64,000 bases of DNA. It comes from a bacterium (lineage in GTDB: Bacteria; Zhuqueibacterota; Zhuqueibacteria; Residuimicrobiales; Krinioviventaceae). The stretch spans positions 32,001-96,000 of the forward strand of contig CAXXFV010000015.1 in NCBI GenBank assembly GCA_963674595.2, given 5' to 3'. A model generated the notes under the pieces. It was not told the origin of the DNA and searched no databases. It saw only the letters and a program-made list of their open reading frames with translations. Positions 1 to 10,411 of this stretch are shown in pieces. Each line of letters opens with the position of its first letter. Position 1 is the stretch's first letter. The position numbers and the translations under genes are program-made.

Positions 1-853
1 CGGCAAACAATTTTAAAAATATCGGATAAAAAATACCGAAAATTAAGGATAACAGTGAAACGAGTATAAATGCCGGCGGTGTTAAATGAATGATTTTTGA
101 GGCATCAAAATGTTTTTTAATAACATTGGCCCTTAAAATTCCATAATTTAAAAATTGTTTGGCCAGGCTTTTTAAACAAGGCCGTGGATAGTAATAAGAT
201 ACAATTTCGGGTGTAAAATATATTTTATGCCCTGCTTTACGAATTCTCCAGTTTAACTCAGCGTCTTCTGAAATATGCAGTTCTTCGTCAAAATAGCCGA
301 TTTCATCAAATAACTTTTTATTATAAGCGGCATAAACTACCGTATCAACAAATCTGGCTTTGTTCGCAAAACGATATGGTGCGCTGGGAATGCCAAAGAT
401 GGAGCCCATAGCATCTCCAATTGCCTGCTGAATAAACGTTTCACCAATGTTAACCTGAGTACCGCCGGTACATAGAACATCCATTTTTTGCATATAAAGG
501 ATGTTTAATTTAATAAAGTCAGATTTTATTTTTGTATGTGCACCTAAAATTATAACGACAGATCCTGTAGATTTTTTAATGCCGATGTTTAATGCGGCAG
601 GTGTTCGTTTAATCGGATTGTCTTCCAATTTAACATTTGAACTGTTCTTTGAAAAGTTTTGAACAATTTCCCTGGATCCGTCAGTTGAAAAGCCATCGAC
701 AACAACTATTTCGATTTTATCCGTTGGATAGTCCTGTGATAAAATTGAAGTAATACATCGTTCGATGGCTTTTACTTCATTCAACATGGGAATGACAATA
801 GATACAAGTGGTAGATTATTTTCTCTTTGTTCGGTCAAGAGTTCTCCGTTCAT
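1..853 (-). CDS. Glycosyltransferase family 2 (ExoA-like), 3' end runs off the window
   Basis: Not in the ORF track. Manual translation from ATG 853 gives MNGELLTEQRENNLPLVSIVIPMLNE...IVVVDGFSTDGS...ALNIGI...GYFDEEL..SEDAELNWRIRKAG, followed by C-terminal hydrophobic helices. The frame is open to position 1. Confidence 0.9.
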   Translation of the reverse strand, partial: MNGELLTEQRENNLPLVSIVIPMLNEVKAIERCITSILSQDYPTDKIEIVVVDGFSTDGSREIVQNFSKNSSNVKLEDNPIKRTPAALNIGIKKSTGSVVIILGAHTKIKSDFIKLNILYMQKMDVLCTGGTQVNIGETFIQQAIGDAMGSIFGIPSAPYRFANKARFVDTVVYAAYNKKLFDEIGYFDEELHISEDAELNWRIRKAGHKIYFTPEIVSYYYPRPCLKSLAKQFLNYGILRANVIKKHFDASKIIHLTPPAFILVSLLSLIFGIFYPIFLKLFA

Positions 854-866
854 AAATCTATTGATA

Positions 867-1871
867 TTATGTTATATTAATAACTTTACTGCCCTGTCGT
901 AAAGAGGATTCGGCTGCTTCAAGAGTTTTGACGACTCGAAGTCCGTTATAACCATCTGTAACAGGTTTTTTACCATTTGTGCAGCAATCTACAAATGTTG
1001 TCATTTCACGGTTGAGCGGTTCAAACGTATCAAGTCTTGGACTGACAACATCACCGGCCCTGTAACTGAGTTGATATTCTCCAAAAGTTTCCGGGTCTTT
1101 ATAATCGACACCTTTGTCATAAATTTTTACTTTTTCAAAAACTTCCGTGTCATCATAAACAAGCATCTTTTCGCTGCCGATAATAGTTGTTCGTCTTAAT
1201 TTGCTGGGTGAAAGCCAACTTACCTGAACATGGGCAACCACACCGGATTTAAATTCCATATTTATAAATGCAACGTCCGGAATATTTTTCTGTACATAAT
1301 CTTTTCCCATTGCAGAAACTTTGATAGGTTGTTCGTCCAGCCAATGAAAAAGAATTGAAAAATCGTGTGGTGCCAGGTCCCAAATGACGCTGATGTCTTT
1401 TTGATGCAGGCCTAAATTTACTCGGGATGAACTAATATAATAAATTTCTCCCAATTCACCACTATTAATAATTTCTTTTATTTTTAAAACCGGAGGACTG
1501 AATTCAAAGGTGTGCCCGACCATGATAACTTTGTTTTTAGCTTCAGCGAGTTTGATCAAACTTTCAGCTTCCTGAGGAGAGGTTGTAAAAGGTTTTTCTA
1601 CAAAAATGTGTTTACCTTCTTTGAGAGCTGCTTCAGCTAACGGATAATGTGATGATACATGTGTAGCGATTACCACACCGTCAATCGAACCATTAGATAA
1701 AATATTCTTGTAATCCTTTTCAGTTGTTATAGTAGGGTAACGGTTTTTGATCTTGTCCAGTTTTTTTCCGTCCAGGTCACAACAGTAAAGTTGGTCGCAT
1801 AGACGTGCTTCATAAAGGTTCCGAACCAAATTTGGACCCCAGTAACCTAAGCCAACAACAGCGATGTTCAT
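867..1871 (-). CDS. Gfo/Idh/MocA family NAD-dependent oxidoreductase (nucleotide-sugar dehydrogenase, WbpB-like)
   Basis: GLGYWG Rossmann motif, HIFVEKP and WDLAPHD motifs; GGAGG RBS; polysaccharide cluster context. Confidence 0.9.
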   Translation of the reverse strand: MNIAVVGLGYWGPNLVRNLYEARLCDQLYCCDLDGKKLDKIKNRYPTITTEKDYKNILSNGSIDGVVIATHVSSHYPLAEAALKEGKHIFVEKPFTTSPQEAESLIKLAEAKNKVIMVGHTFEFSPPVLKIKEIINSGELGEIYYISSSRVNLGLHQKDISVIWDLAPHDFSILFHWLDEQPIKVSAMGKDYVQKNIPDVAFINMEFKSGVVAHVQVSWLSPSKLRRTTIIGSEKMLVYDDTEVFEKVKIYDKGVDYKDPETFGEYQLSYRAGDVVSPRLDTFEPLNREMTTFVDCCTNGKKPVTDGYNGLRVVKTLEAAESSLRQGSKVINIT

Positions 1872-1884
1872 AAGCCCTCCGAAG

Positions 1885-3057
1885 TTAAATTGTATTGTAA
1901 AGACGAATTAATTCTTTTGAACTATTTTGCCAGTTATATTGTTCCTTAACGGCTTTTTTTCCGTTTTCTTTATAATTCGTGTTTAATGCTTTTATTTTGT
2001 AAACAGCATCTATAAAACTTTTTGTTGAATTCGATGTAAACGTCTCTCCGCACTCACATTCTTCTACAATGCGCTTTAATGGTTTTGCGTCGGAGGTTAT
2101 AATTGGTTTTCCTAATGCCATATATTGAAAAAGTTTATGCGGAATTGTCGTATCATTTGCAGGATTAGATGGCTGCGGAATAATACATATTGAACTGGCT
2201 TGCATATATGAGGGTACATCCTCAAAATCTACCCACCCCGTAAACCGGACCAGGTCTTCAACGCCATTTTCGATAGCAAGTTGTTTCAGGTCTGTTGCAT
2301 TCTTGCCGTCTCCAACAAATAATAAACAGATATTTGGTATTTGTTCTTTTAATAATTTAAGACTTTTAATTGGGGTTTCCAAACCTCGTTCACTACTAAA
2401 AGAACCTAAATATAAAATAGAAAAATAATTTTTCCAGGATTCAATAATAGCATTTTTTATTTCTATTTTACAGAAATTTTCCAGGTCAACAGTATTACTG
2501 ACAATAACAATTTTATCCTCCGGCAATCCCTGGTTCATTAAATTTTCTTTTTGTTCTTCAACCACAACAATCACTTTTGATGCGAATTTTAAACATAGAT
2601 TATTTAATACACGAGCAAATGCCGGATTTTTTATAGTATACCTTACTAGTTTATTTTGTTTCCATTCTTGCATTGCAGCCGGATAGTTTTCATGCATATC
2701 ATAAACAACAGGTTTCGAAAATATTTTTCCTATAAATACGGCCAATGGTGCAAGGGGTAAATCATGTACATGAATACTATCAATCTTGTACTGAATAATT
2801 ATTTTTATTATTTTATAAATCCATATAGGATTAAAAAACAGGGGTAAACGAATTAATTTTTGAATTTTTGCAGGTAAAAAGGAAAATTTGTATAATCTTA
2901 TTATGTTAGCGCCATCAACAAAGTCTTTTTTGTGTCTACTTTTGTTGTTATTGCAAAGAAGATATATGTTGTGATTTTGCGATGTCAGAGCTTTAATTTC
3001 CTTTGTAAGTCGAATGTCCGGCGGATATTCACTTTGAAGGACCATGAGAATGTTCAA
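1885..3057 (-). CDS. Glycosyltransferase family 4
   Basis: HVHDL, VYDMHE and PHKLFQYMALGKPIITSD GT-B motifs. Start moved to TTG 3057 behind AAGGA (track start 3084). Confidence 0.88.
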   Translation of the reverse strand: MNILMVLQSEYPPDIRLTKEIKALTSQNHNIYLLCNNNKSRHKKDFVDGANIIRLYKFSFLPAKIQKLIRLPLFFNPIWIYKIIKIIIQYKIDSIHVHDLPLAPLAVFIGKIFSKPVVYDMHENYPAAMQEWKQNKLVRYTIKNPAFARVLNNLCLKFASKVIVVVEEQKENLMNQGLPEDKIVIVSNTVDLENFCKIEIKNAIIESWKNYFSILYLGSFSSERGLETPIKSLKLLKEQIPNICLLFVGDGKNATDLKQLAIENGVEDLVRFTGWVDFEDVPSYMQASSICIIPQPSNPANDTTIPHKLFQYMALGKPIITSDAKPLKRIVEECECGETFTSNSTKSFIDAVYKIKALNTNYKENGKKAVKEQYNWQNSSKELIRLYNTI

Positions 3058-3070
3058 ATTATCTTCCTTT

Positions 3071-4141
3071 TTAATTATAAGCAAATAATTTATATTTTTG
3101 GTTAGGGATTATATTTATTGTTATATAATCATTGTCCCTTTTAATTTTACTTTTTGTATTTTCATAGTTTAATAAATAGATGTCTTTATCTTGCCAGCTA
3201 TCTGGCAGATTAAAAATAACAGTTAAAGGTACTAATTTAAAATTACAGTTACAATCAAGATATAATGTGATAATGTTTTCATCAATCGTACTAATTATTG
3301 TCGTATTCGTACGTTGGTGAATATATCTGGTGACATTACCTAAAGGTGCAATCCATAAGCTATCGCTTAACCCTGAAACGTAATCAATATGGTTGCGAAA
3401 CAGTTCTAATGACAGAGAATAGGCATCATTAAAATTTATATTGTTTACGGAATGGAAACTGTATACAATCCATCCTTTGTCCTTTATAGCCTTGTGTAAG
3501 AGTTGATTTTTTTCATCAATAAACGCAGGCCAACCTACCCCAATATTTTTCAGGCAGTAAAAATCATCAGAGGTCGGATTATAGGGATTTATTCCCCATG
3601 CACCGCGAGCAACCAGATGATATTTACTAACAACTTTTTGAACACTTTTGTCAGAAAGACCATAAGGATATGCAAAACTAAAAACATCACGACAGAAGAA
3701 AATATGAGTTTTTATATCATGAATAGCTTTAGAAATTTCATTTGTCAATTCCGCCGTTGATATCTCGGTGCATTTTGGGTGTGACCATGTATGAGAACCA
3801 ATTTCATGGCCGTCCAGGAACAATTTAAGCCAGGGAGACCAATTTGTTATTACCTTTGTATTAAGAAAAAAGGTCCCCCGTATGTTTCTTTTCTCAAGTT
3901 CAGGTGCTGTTGTCGTATAATGACTTTCTCTTACATCATCAAATGTTATAGAATAAGCAGCAGTTTTATTTCCAGCCCATAGTGCTATTTCAAAAGAGGG
4001 GCTATAGATTGTTGGTACAATTGCCAGTTTTTCTATTTCTATTTGTATCTGGTTTACATCTGTAATTTGTTTATCACATCCAAAAATAGAAAAAAGAATA
4101 ATTGTTATTATTAACAAAGATGATGTTAAAGTTTTTTCCAT
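3071..4141 (-). CDS. Polysaccharide deacetylase (NodB/CE4) lipoprotein
   Basis: Lipobox IFGC; CE4 motifs TFDD, HEIGSHTWSH, FAYPYG. Confidence 0.85.
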   Translation of the reverse strand: MEKTLTSSLLIITIILFSIFGCDKQITDVNQIQIEIEKLAIVPTIYSPSFEIALWAGNKTAAYSITFDDVRESHYTTTAPELEKRNIRGTFFLNTKVITNWSPWLKLFLDGHEIGSHTWSHPKCTEISTAELTNEISKAIHDIKTHIFFCRDVFSFAYPYGLSDKSVQKVVSKYHLVARGAWGINPYNPTSDDFYCLKNIGVGWPAFIDEKNQLLHKAIKDKGWIVYSFHSVNNINFNDAYSLSLELFRNHIDYVSGLSDSLWIAPLGNVTRYIHQRTNTTIISTIDENIITLYLDCNCNFKLVPLTVIFNLPDSWQDKDIYLLNYENTKSKIKRDNDYITINIIPNQKYKLFAYN

Positions 4142-4154
4142 ATTTTTAGATTAT

Positions 4155-5258
4155 TTAATTATAATACTCTAAAATTTTTCCTGAAACATAGTTTATTTGT
4201 TCTTCTGTTAGTTGTTCTGACATTGGTAAAGATAGAATTTGGTCTGCATATTTTTCTGCAACAGGAAAACTGTCTTTTGGGTAATTTAAAAATTTATAAG
4301 CTTTTTGTAAATGACAAGGAATTGGATAATGTATTCCGGTAAAAATACCATTATCCTTTAAGAAATTTATTAAATCTTCTCTGTCTTGACAACGAATGAC
4401 ATATACGTGATAAACGTGTTCTGCTCCATTAATAACTTTAGGGGTTACGATCTTTTCGCATTGGCTTAACAATTTATTATAAAGCTGAGCGTTCTTTTGG
4501 CGGGTTTTTGTCCATCCACTCAAGTATTTAAGTTTAACATCTAGTATCGCTCCCTGTAACCCCTCCAGACGATAATTATGACCGATTATATCATGATGAT
4601 ATTTTTCCGGCATTCCATGATCACGAATCATCATGATTTTTGTGTATAAATCTTTATTGTTTGTGATAACAGCCCCACCTTCTCCATAGGCCCCAAGATT
4701 TTTCCCGGGATAAAAACTAAAGCAACCGCAATCCCCAAAGGTACCGATTTTTTGACCTTTATATTCGGCGATATGTGCCTGAGCACAGTCTTCAATAAGA
4801 AGTAAATTATGTTTTTTGCAAATAGCCTGAATTTTGTCCATTTGTGCTGGCTGTCCGTATAAATGAACTGCTAAAACCGCTTTTGTTTTTGGTGTGATTT
4901 TTTCTTCAATTTTTTCAGGGTCTATATTATAATAGTCAGGTTCACAATCGACAAATACCGGAACAGCGCCGGCCAAGCTAACAGACTCTGGAGATGCAAA
5001 AAATGTATTTGCAGGAACAATTACTTCATCACCTGTTTTAATATCCAGTGCCATCATTGCGGCATGCAAAGCGGCTGTACCGGAATTAACACCAACACAA
5101 AAATCGGCATTATGACTTTTGGCAAAATTTTCCTCAAAAGACTTGACAAAGGGACCGGCAGCAAAAGCGCTTGACATAAGAACATTTTGGATTGCCTCAT
5201 CTATTTCTTCCTTAATAGAGAGATATTGAGCTTTTAGATCTAAAAAATTTACTTTCAT
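4155..5258 (-). CDS. DegT/DnrJ/EryC1/StrS PLP-dependent nucleotide-sugar aminotransferase
   Basis: NSGTAAL, IEDCAQAH and SFYPGKNLGAYGEGG motifs; ATG 5258 behind GGAGG. Confidence 0.93.
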   Translation of the reverse strand: MKVNFLDLKAQYLSIKEEIDEAIQNVLMSSAFAAGPFVKSFEENFAKSHNADFCVGVNSGTAALHAAMMALDIKTGDEVIVPANTFFASPESVSLAGAVPVFVDCEPDYYNIDPEKIEEKITPKTKAVLAVHLYGQPAQMDKIQAICKKHNLLLIEDCAQAHIAEYKGQKIGTFGDCGCFSFYPGKNLGAYGEGGAVITNNKDLYTKIMMIRDHGMPEKYHHDIIGHNYRLEGLQGAILDVKLKYLSGWTKTRQKNAQLYNKLLSQCEKIVTPKVINGAEHVYHVYVIRCQDREDLINFLKDNGIFTGIHYPIPCHLQKAYKFLNYPKDSFPVAEKYADQILSLPMSEQLTEEQINYVSGKILEYYN

Positions 5259-5273
5259 AATGGCCTCCAAAAG

Positions 5274-6644
5274 TTAAATAGCCTTAGTATTGTTTGGTTT
5301 AATTTCTGAAATAAAATATCGTAATTTTCCCGATTTTTCAAGCGGGATATGGTCTACAAATGTAAAATGGACCTTAGTTTTTTCTCCTAGTAACTGTTTT
5401 ATTTTTGATTCAATAAACTGAAATCCATTTTTTGTAATATTAGTATTTTGGACAATTTTAAATTCAAAATCAAATTTTGATTTTTGAGTTACCTGGAAAT
5501 GATCTATTTTCCCTTCATTTATTTTTTTAAAATCACGTGCTAAATAGTCAAATATTTCTGCATGAAAAAGAGAACCATTGTTGCTGACAACAGTATCACA
5601 AGAACGCCCTTGAATTTTATCGATTAATTTTAATGTGCGTCCACATTTGCATGGTTCGGATAAAGGAGATACGTAATCTCCAACATCATAGCGTATAAAT
5701 GGCATTGCGTAATTATTCAAATTAGTAATGATGATTTTTTTAAGGTTCTCGTCAGAACTAGAATTCTCATATTCAATGTATAAATTTTCTTCCATCAGGT
5801 GCATATTCCCTTCAGGACATTGATATGCGATAATGCCACATTCACCAGCGCCATATTCATTAATTACCGGACAATTAAATGCTTTTTCAATTATTTCTTT
5901 TTGATATGGATATAAAATCTCGGATGTTGTTACAATACCCTTTAGTTTTAATTTCGAAACATCTGTTTTTTTATCGAGTATATGTTGGGCGATATTATAA
6001 ACACCAGACACATAACCGTAAAAAAACACAGGTTTGTAAAATAAAATTTTTTTTAAATATTTATCAATAACTTGAGGAGATAAATTGAAAACATTAATCC
6101 ATAATTTGTTTGTTATAAAATAATCGTGGAATTTAACAATGCTATGTTTTAAGCTAAATTTTAATGGTTCTCCCCAAATACGAGCTTGTTTATCTAATGG
6201 TAAAATATCCCACCATAATAATCCCCTGTATTGTGTAGCATAAGAGAATGATTGACTTGTTTTGTCCATATAAAAATTTAATTGTCGCCCTGTTGAACCG
6301 CTTGTAACGTTATATATAGCTGTTTTGTCATAGGGTTGGTTTTTTAGTTCATTAAAAAGAACATTAATTTCTGATTTTGATAAAACAGGTAATTGTTCAA
6401 GATCATTAAGAGACGAAAATTTTGTAGGATTAATATTTAATTCATCCCACAATTTTTTATAATAGGATATATTTTTATAAGCATGTGTTAATAGTTTTTT
6501 TGCTTTAATCCATTGAAATTCTGATAATTTTGACTTTTCATAATATTGAGTTTCTTCAAGCAATTTTATCAATGGGACTGTCTGCCTGTTACGCATTTTT
6601 TCATGTAATGAGAAAGGAATATTGTCTTGGAGTTTAAATTTCAT
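5274..6644 (-). CDS. CapK / phenylacetate-CoA ligase-like adenylate-forming enzyme
   Basis: TSGSTG P-loop, NEYGAGE, IRYDVGD and SGKLR motifs; lies in a polysaccharide cluster. Confidence 0.85.
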   Translation of the reverse strand: MKFKLQDNIPFSLHEKMRNRQTVPLIKLLEETQYYEKSKLSEFQWIKAKKLLTHAYKNISYYKKLWDELNINPTKFSSLNDLEQLPVLSKSEINVLFNELKNQPYDKTAIYNVTSGSTGRQLNFYMDKTSQSFSYATQYRGLLWWDILPLDKQARIWGEPLKFSLKHSIVKFHDYFITNKLWINVFNLSPQVIDKYLKKILFYKPVFFYGYVSGVYNIAQHILDKKTDVSKLKLKGIVTTSEILYPYQKEIIEKAFNCPVINEYGAGECGIIAYQCPEGNMHLMEENLYIEYENSSSDENLKKIIITNLNNYAMPFIRYDVGDYVSPLSEPCKCGRTLKLIDKIQGRSCDTVVSNNGSLFHAEIFDYLARDFKKINEGKIDHFQVTQKSKFDFEFKIVQNTNITKNGFQFIESKIKQLLGEKTKVHFTFVDHIPLEKSGKLRYFISEIKPNNTKAI

Positions 6645-6660
6645 GATACCTTGTATCTAT

Positions 6661-7584
6661 CTAATTATTTTGAAGCATTATCTTTATGCCTTTTAAAAAC
6701 ATTATGTTATTTTTATAATGTTTCGATCTGAAAAAAGTTGAACGTATTATATATCTTGACACCATTCCCAAAATATATATAGAGGTGATTATAATATAAG
6801 AAAAATAGCGAAAATGTTTTTTGAATAATATTTTTCTGCTTTTTACTAAATTTAAATATGATGTAACAGGTATTTCTTTACTGCTGGCCCCACCATAATG
6901 AATAATCTGGAATTTTGGAACAAAGTAAACCTTAAGACCATGGTCTCTGATTCGAAGACACCAGTCGACTTCTTCTCCATAAAAGAAAAAGTTTTCGTCT
7001 AATAAACCTACCTGATCTATAACTTTTTTACTCAAAAGCATAAAAGCACCTAAAACAGTGGGCACAGATCGCGTTTTATTATGAGCCCAATTTCGCAGGT
7101 AATTATAAGAAAAAAGATTTAATTTTTGTAGTAATAAATAAAGTCCAAAATTTTCTATAATTGCGTTAATTATAGAAGGTTTGTTCCTGCATGAGGATTG
7201 AAGAGATTTATCCGGATTTAAAATTTTACAGCTTACTAATCCTGCGTCGGGAGTATCCTTAAAAAAAGTTAAACAACCATTGATTGTATTATCAAAAACT
7301 ATTGTATCCGGATTTAAAAAAAGTAAATATTCTCCACAGCATATTTTTATTGCCTGGTTGTTTGCTGCCGCAAAACCTACATTTTTATTATTTGAAATAA
7401 TCTTTAAATCATTAAATACTGATTTTAATGCTTGAACACTATCATCCGAAGAATTATTGTCAACAACTATTATTTCGTATGTTGTGTTTAGGATTGTTTT
7501 TTTAATTGATTTTATACAGTTAATTAATAAATCTTTAACATTATAGCTAACAATTATTATTGACAAGGTTACTTGATGAGACAT
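6661..7584 (-). CDS. Glycosyltransferase family 2 (WbbL/rhamnosyltransferase-like)
   Basis: SIIIVSYN, VVDNNSSD, GFAAANN, LNPD and FFYGEEVDWC motifs. Confidence 0.9.
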   Translation of the reverse strand: MSHQVTLSIIIVSYNVKDLLINCIKSIKKTILNTTYEIIVVDNNSSDDSVQALKSVFNDLKIISNNKNVGFAAANNQAIKICCGEYLLFLNPDTIVFDNTINGCLTFFKDTPDAGLVSCKILNPDKSLQSSCRNKPSIINAIIENFGLYLLLQKLNLFSYNYLRNWAHNKTRSVPTVLGAFMLLSKKVIDQVGLLDENFFFYGEEVDWCLRIRDHGLKVYFVPKFQIIHYGGASSKEIPVTSYLNLVKSRKILFKKHFRYFSYIIITSIYILGMVSRYIIRSTFFRSKHYKNNIMFLKGIKIMLQNN

Positions 7585-9032
7585 TAACCGGAAAACCTGT
7601 GCTTAAAATTTTTTATTGTTTGATTGATTAGATTATATTCGCGCTTATTATAAAGTTTTGTAACAGGGATTAATAATATAAATAAAAAAGGTGACATAAT
7701 TAAAGTAAAAATTAGGTTTAGTGGCTTAAAATAATAAATAAATAATGAACATACAACACCAATTATTGTTAATTTGACCATGATTTTGTTTAAATTAAGA
7801 TTTATTGTTTTATGAATAGAAAACGTCAGTATAAGAAAGCCGGAAAAAGATGTTACAAATTTTGCAAGGCCTGCGCCAATAATTCCATATTTGGGAATGA
7901 GTATAATACTTGTTAGAATATTCGAAATAATCATAATCAGGGCTGCTAATGTGTTTAGTTTTTGTCGGTCAATTGCTGTATGAAGGTCTACAAGGAAAAA
8001 ATTCAAAAAAACAAATAATTCAGCCCAGGATAGTATCATTAATGGGATTGCTGCCGGTGCATAATTCGCAGTATATAAAAGAGTAATAATTTCTTTGTTA
8101 AAAAAAGTTAAAATTATGGCAAATGCAAGACCAATTAATCCTAATAATTTTATGCAAAAATATGAAGAGAAATTTAATCGATCTTTATCATTTGTGAAAT
8201 AGACAGAAATTAGAGGAAACGTGGACATTACGATAGCATTTGGAATAAAATTCATAGGATATATTAAGCGAAATGCTGCTGAATAGTATCCAACAGATGC
8301 ATTATTTGTATAAAATTTAAGAAAAAAGACGTCGGCAAAAGAATACAAGTTGGAAAATAAAATATACACAGCTAATGGCCACGCTTCGCTTATAAGCATT
8401 TTAATGATTTTTGTATCAATTTTTAAAGCCAGTGGCGCTTTTTTATGGGACAGATAAGCAGTAAGTATAAAACCGGGAATAGAGCTTACTGTATAAATGA
8501 TAAGAATGGTATGGAAACCAGACTTGAAAAAGAAAGCAATATTAAGAAAAACTAATAATAAAACGGCATCTAATAGTTTAAAAAGTATCGGAAAAAACAT
8601 TTCCAGTCTTGATTCGAAAATATGTTCGAAAGAATTTCGAAGAGCAATTGTCTTTGACGACCATAGCAAGTTGAAAGAAAGTATAATGATTGCAAAAATT
8701 TGTTTTGAGTCAAAACTCATTTTTGCAAAAAAACAGCCAATTATAATAGCCATAATGGTCAAAACGGTGCGTAAAATAACACTATTGCCTAAAAGAATAA
8801 AGGCTTTTTCTTTATTTCGAGATATCTCTCTAACAATTATTGGTTTTAAGCCCATATTGGGTAAAATTGAAAGATAATTCAGCACTACAAGTGAAAATGA
8901 AAAAATACCAAAATTTTCTTCCAGTAAATATCTTGAAATTTGTATTGTAGCAACCAGGTTCAGCAAAAGACCTGCAATTTGCCCCAGGAGGATTATTCCA
9001 GAGTTTTTAAAGATTTTATTAATTGAGGGCAT
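7584..9032 (-). CDS. wzx: Wzx-type oligosaccharide flippase
   Basis: Many transmembrane segments; MOP-family motifs (FGIFS..., VGYYSAAFRL, IPKYGIIGA). Confidence 0.85.
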   Translation of the reverse strand: MPSINKIFKNSGIILLGQIAGLLLNLVATIQISRYLLEENFGIFSFSLVVLNYLSILPNMGLKPIIVREISRNKEKAFILLGNSVILRTVLTIMAIIIGCFFAKMSFDSKQIFAIIILSFNLLWSSKTIALRNSFEHIFESRLEMFFPILFKLLDAVLLLVFLNIAFFFKSGFHTILIIYTVSSIPGFILTAYLSHKKAPLALKIDTKIIKMLISEAWPLAVYILFSNLYSFADVFFLKFYTNNASVGYYSAAFRLIYPMNFIPNAIVMSTFPLISVYFTNDKDRLNFSSYFCIKLLGLIGLAFAIILTFFNKEIITLLYTANYAPAAIPLMILSWAELFVFLNFFLVDLHTAIDRQKLNTLAALIMIISNILTSIILIPKYGIIGAGLAKFVTSFSGFLILTFSIHKTINLNLNKIMVKLTIIGVVCSLFIYYFKPLNLIFTLIMSPFLFILLIPVTKLYNKREYNLINQTIKNFKHRFSG

Positions 9033-9036
9033 ATAT

Positions 9037-10392
9037 TTATTTTTGTTCTAAATTTCTTTGATAAAAGAATTCGATGATTGCGGCGAAAAGGGTGATGATT
9101 AACATTGAATCTTTTTGAATAAATTGTGGAGAGGTAATTGATACAAGTAACATGGATATTAGGCAGGCATTCATTGAATTTATGATTATTGTAAAATTAT
9201 TTGTTTTATTTTTTATGGATAAATGAAATCCATGTATTAAAATTGTAAAATAAAATATTAAAAAACTTGCAAGACCCAAAAATCCCAGTTTGAACCACAA
9301 GAATAAATAAGCATTATGAACATACCATGTGGGCATTTCCCGTGGGATAATAGGATTAAAAATATATGTTTTCCCGAGACCATATCCCATAATTGGATTG
9401 TTTTTAACCAATTCCAAAACGGCTTTTGATTCAACAATACGATTTTGGAAAGAAACATCCGTTAGCGCCGTTCCAACGGATGTAAACCGGCTTACAATTG
9501 TTTCAACTAAAATTTCTCCAATGTTACTAAAAAAGAATTGTAGCGAGAAAACTGCAATAAAGCCAATTATAGCAAATTGTAAAAGCAGCTTTTTTTTAAT
9601 GTTTTTATTGGATAGAATATAAATCACAGATAATGCCAAAATTGTAGCAATCCAGTAACCTCTGGTAAATGTTAAAAATAATGAAATTCCAAATAATAAT
9701 ATCGATGCGATTGATAGAATTTTTAAGCTCTTTTTATTAAAATAATTAAAAAAACCAACCGATAAGATGACGGAAACAAATAAAAGAGGTTCATTTGCCG
9801 TTTCCCTGCTGGATAAAACTTCCCATGCAAATTTAATGTCAGACATTGCTGTTTTATATAAATAGATATTTTGTATCGAAACAACAAAGCTGATAATAAA
9901 CAATGGTATTAGCAGGAATTGGATGTGTTTTGGTTTGCTGTATGCTTGTAATGGAAAAAATAAAAATAACGTTAGAAATGGGATTAATTCTCTGGTCCAT
10001 TTTAAGAGACTTGATGAATAAATAACGGCTGGAATCACGGAAAAGAAACATGTTGATAAAAAAAACATTAACCAAAATTCTGTTTTGGTCTTGAATAAAA
10101 TTTTATTGTCGGCAAATTTTGTTTGATAAATCCAATTTACTATAATATATATTAAAAGCAGGCCTGTAAAAACTTCAAAAACACTTAATTCTTTTGTTGA
10201 TTTTATAATAAAAACATGACATAAAATTAACAAGTTTATTGCATATAGGATGTTATTTTTAAGAAAAATAAACGTGAGTATGAAAATGGCAAATGCAATT
10301 ATTAAAAAGGGAATTTTGTGTGTTATTACAACAAGTAGTATGTCCAGGAACAGAATTAGTAAAATTTTGTACGCGTTTGTTTTTGTTTCCAA
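9037..10392 (-). CDS. O-antigen ligase / Wzy polymerase family membrane protein
   Basis: Polytopic membrane protein with LTFTRG, NPIMGYGLG and HNAYL Wzy_C motifs. Confidence 0.85.
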   Translation of the reverse strand: METKTNAYKILLILFLDILLVVITHKIPFLIIAFAIFILTFIFLKNNILYAINLLILCHVFIIKSTKELSVFEVFTGLLLIYIIVNWIYQTKFADNKILFKTKTEFWLMFFLSTCFFSVIPAVIYSSSLLKWTRELIPFLTLFLFFPLQAYSKPKHIQFLLIPLFIISFVVSIQNIYLYKTAMSDIKFAWEVLSSRETANEPLLFVSVILSVGFFNYFNKKSLKILSIASILLFGISLFLTFTRGYWIATILALSVIYILSNKNIKKKLLLQFAIIGFIAVFSLQFFFSNIGEILVETIVSRFTSVGTALTDVSFQNRIVESKAVLELVKNNPIMGYGLGKTYIFNPIIPREMPTWYVHNAYLFLWFKLGFLGLASFLIFYFTILIHGFHLSIKNKTNNFTIIINSMNACLISMLLVSITSPQFIQKDSMLIITLFAAIIEFFYQRNLEQK

Positions 10393-10411
10393 TAGAGCGC
10401 TCTAATGTTTT

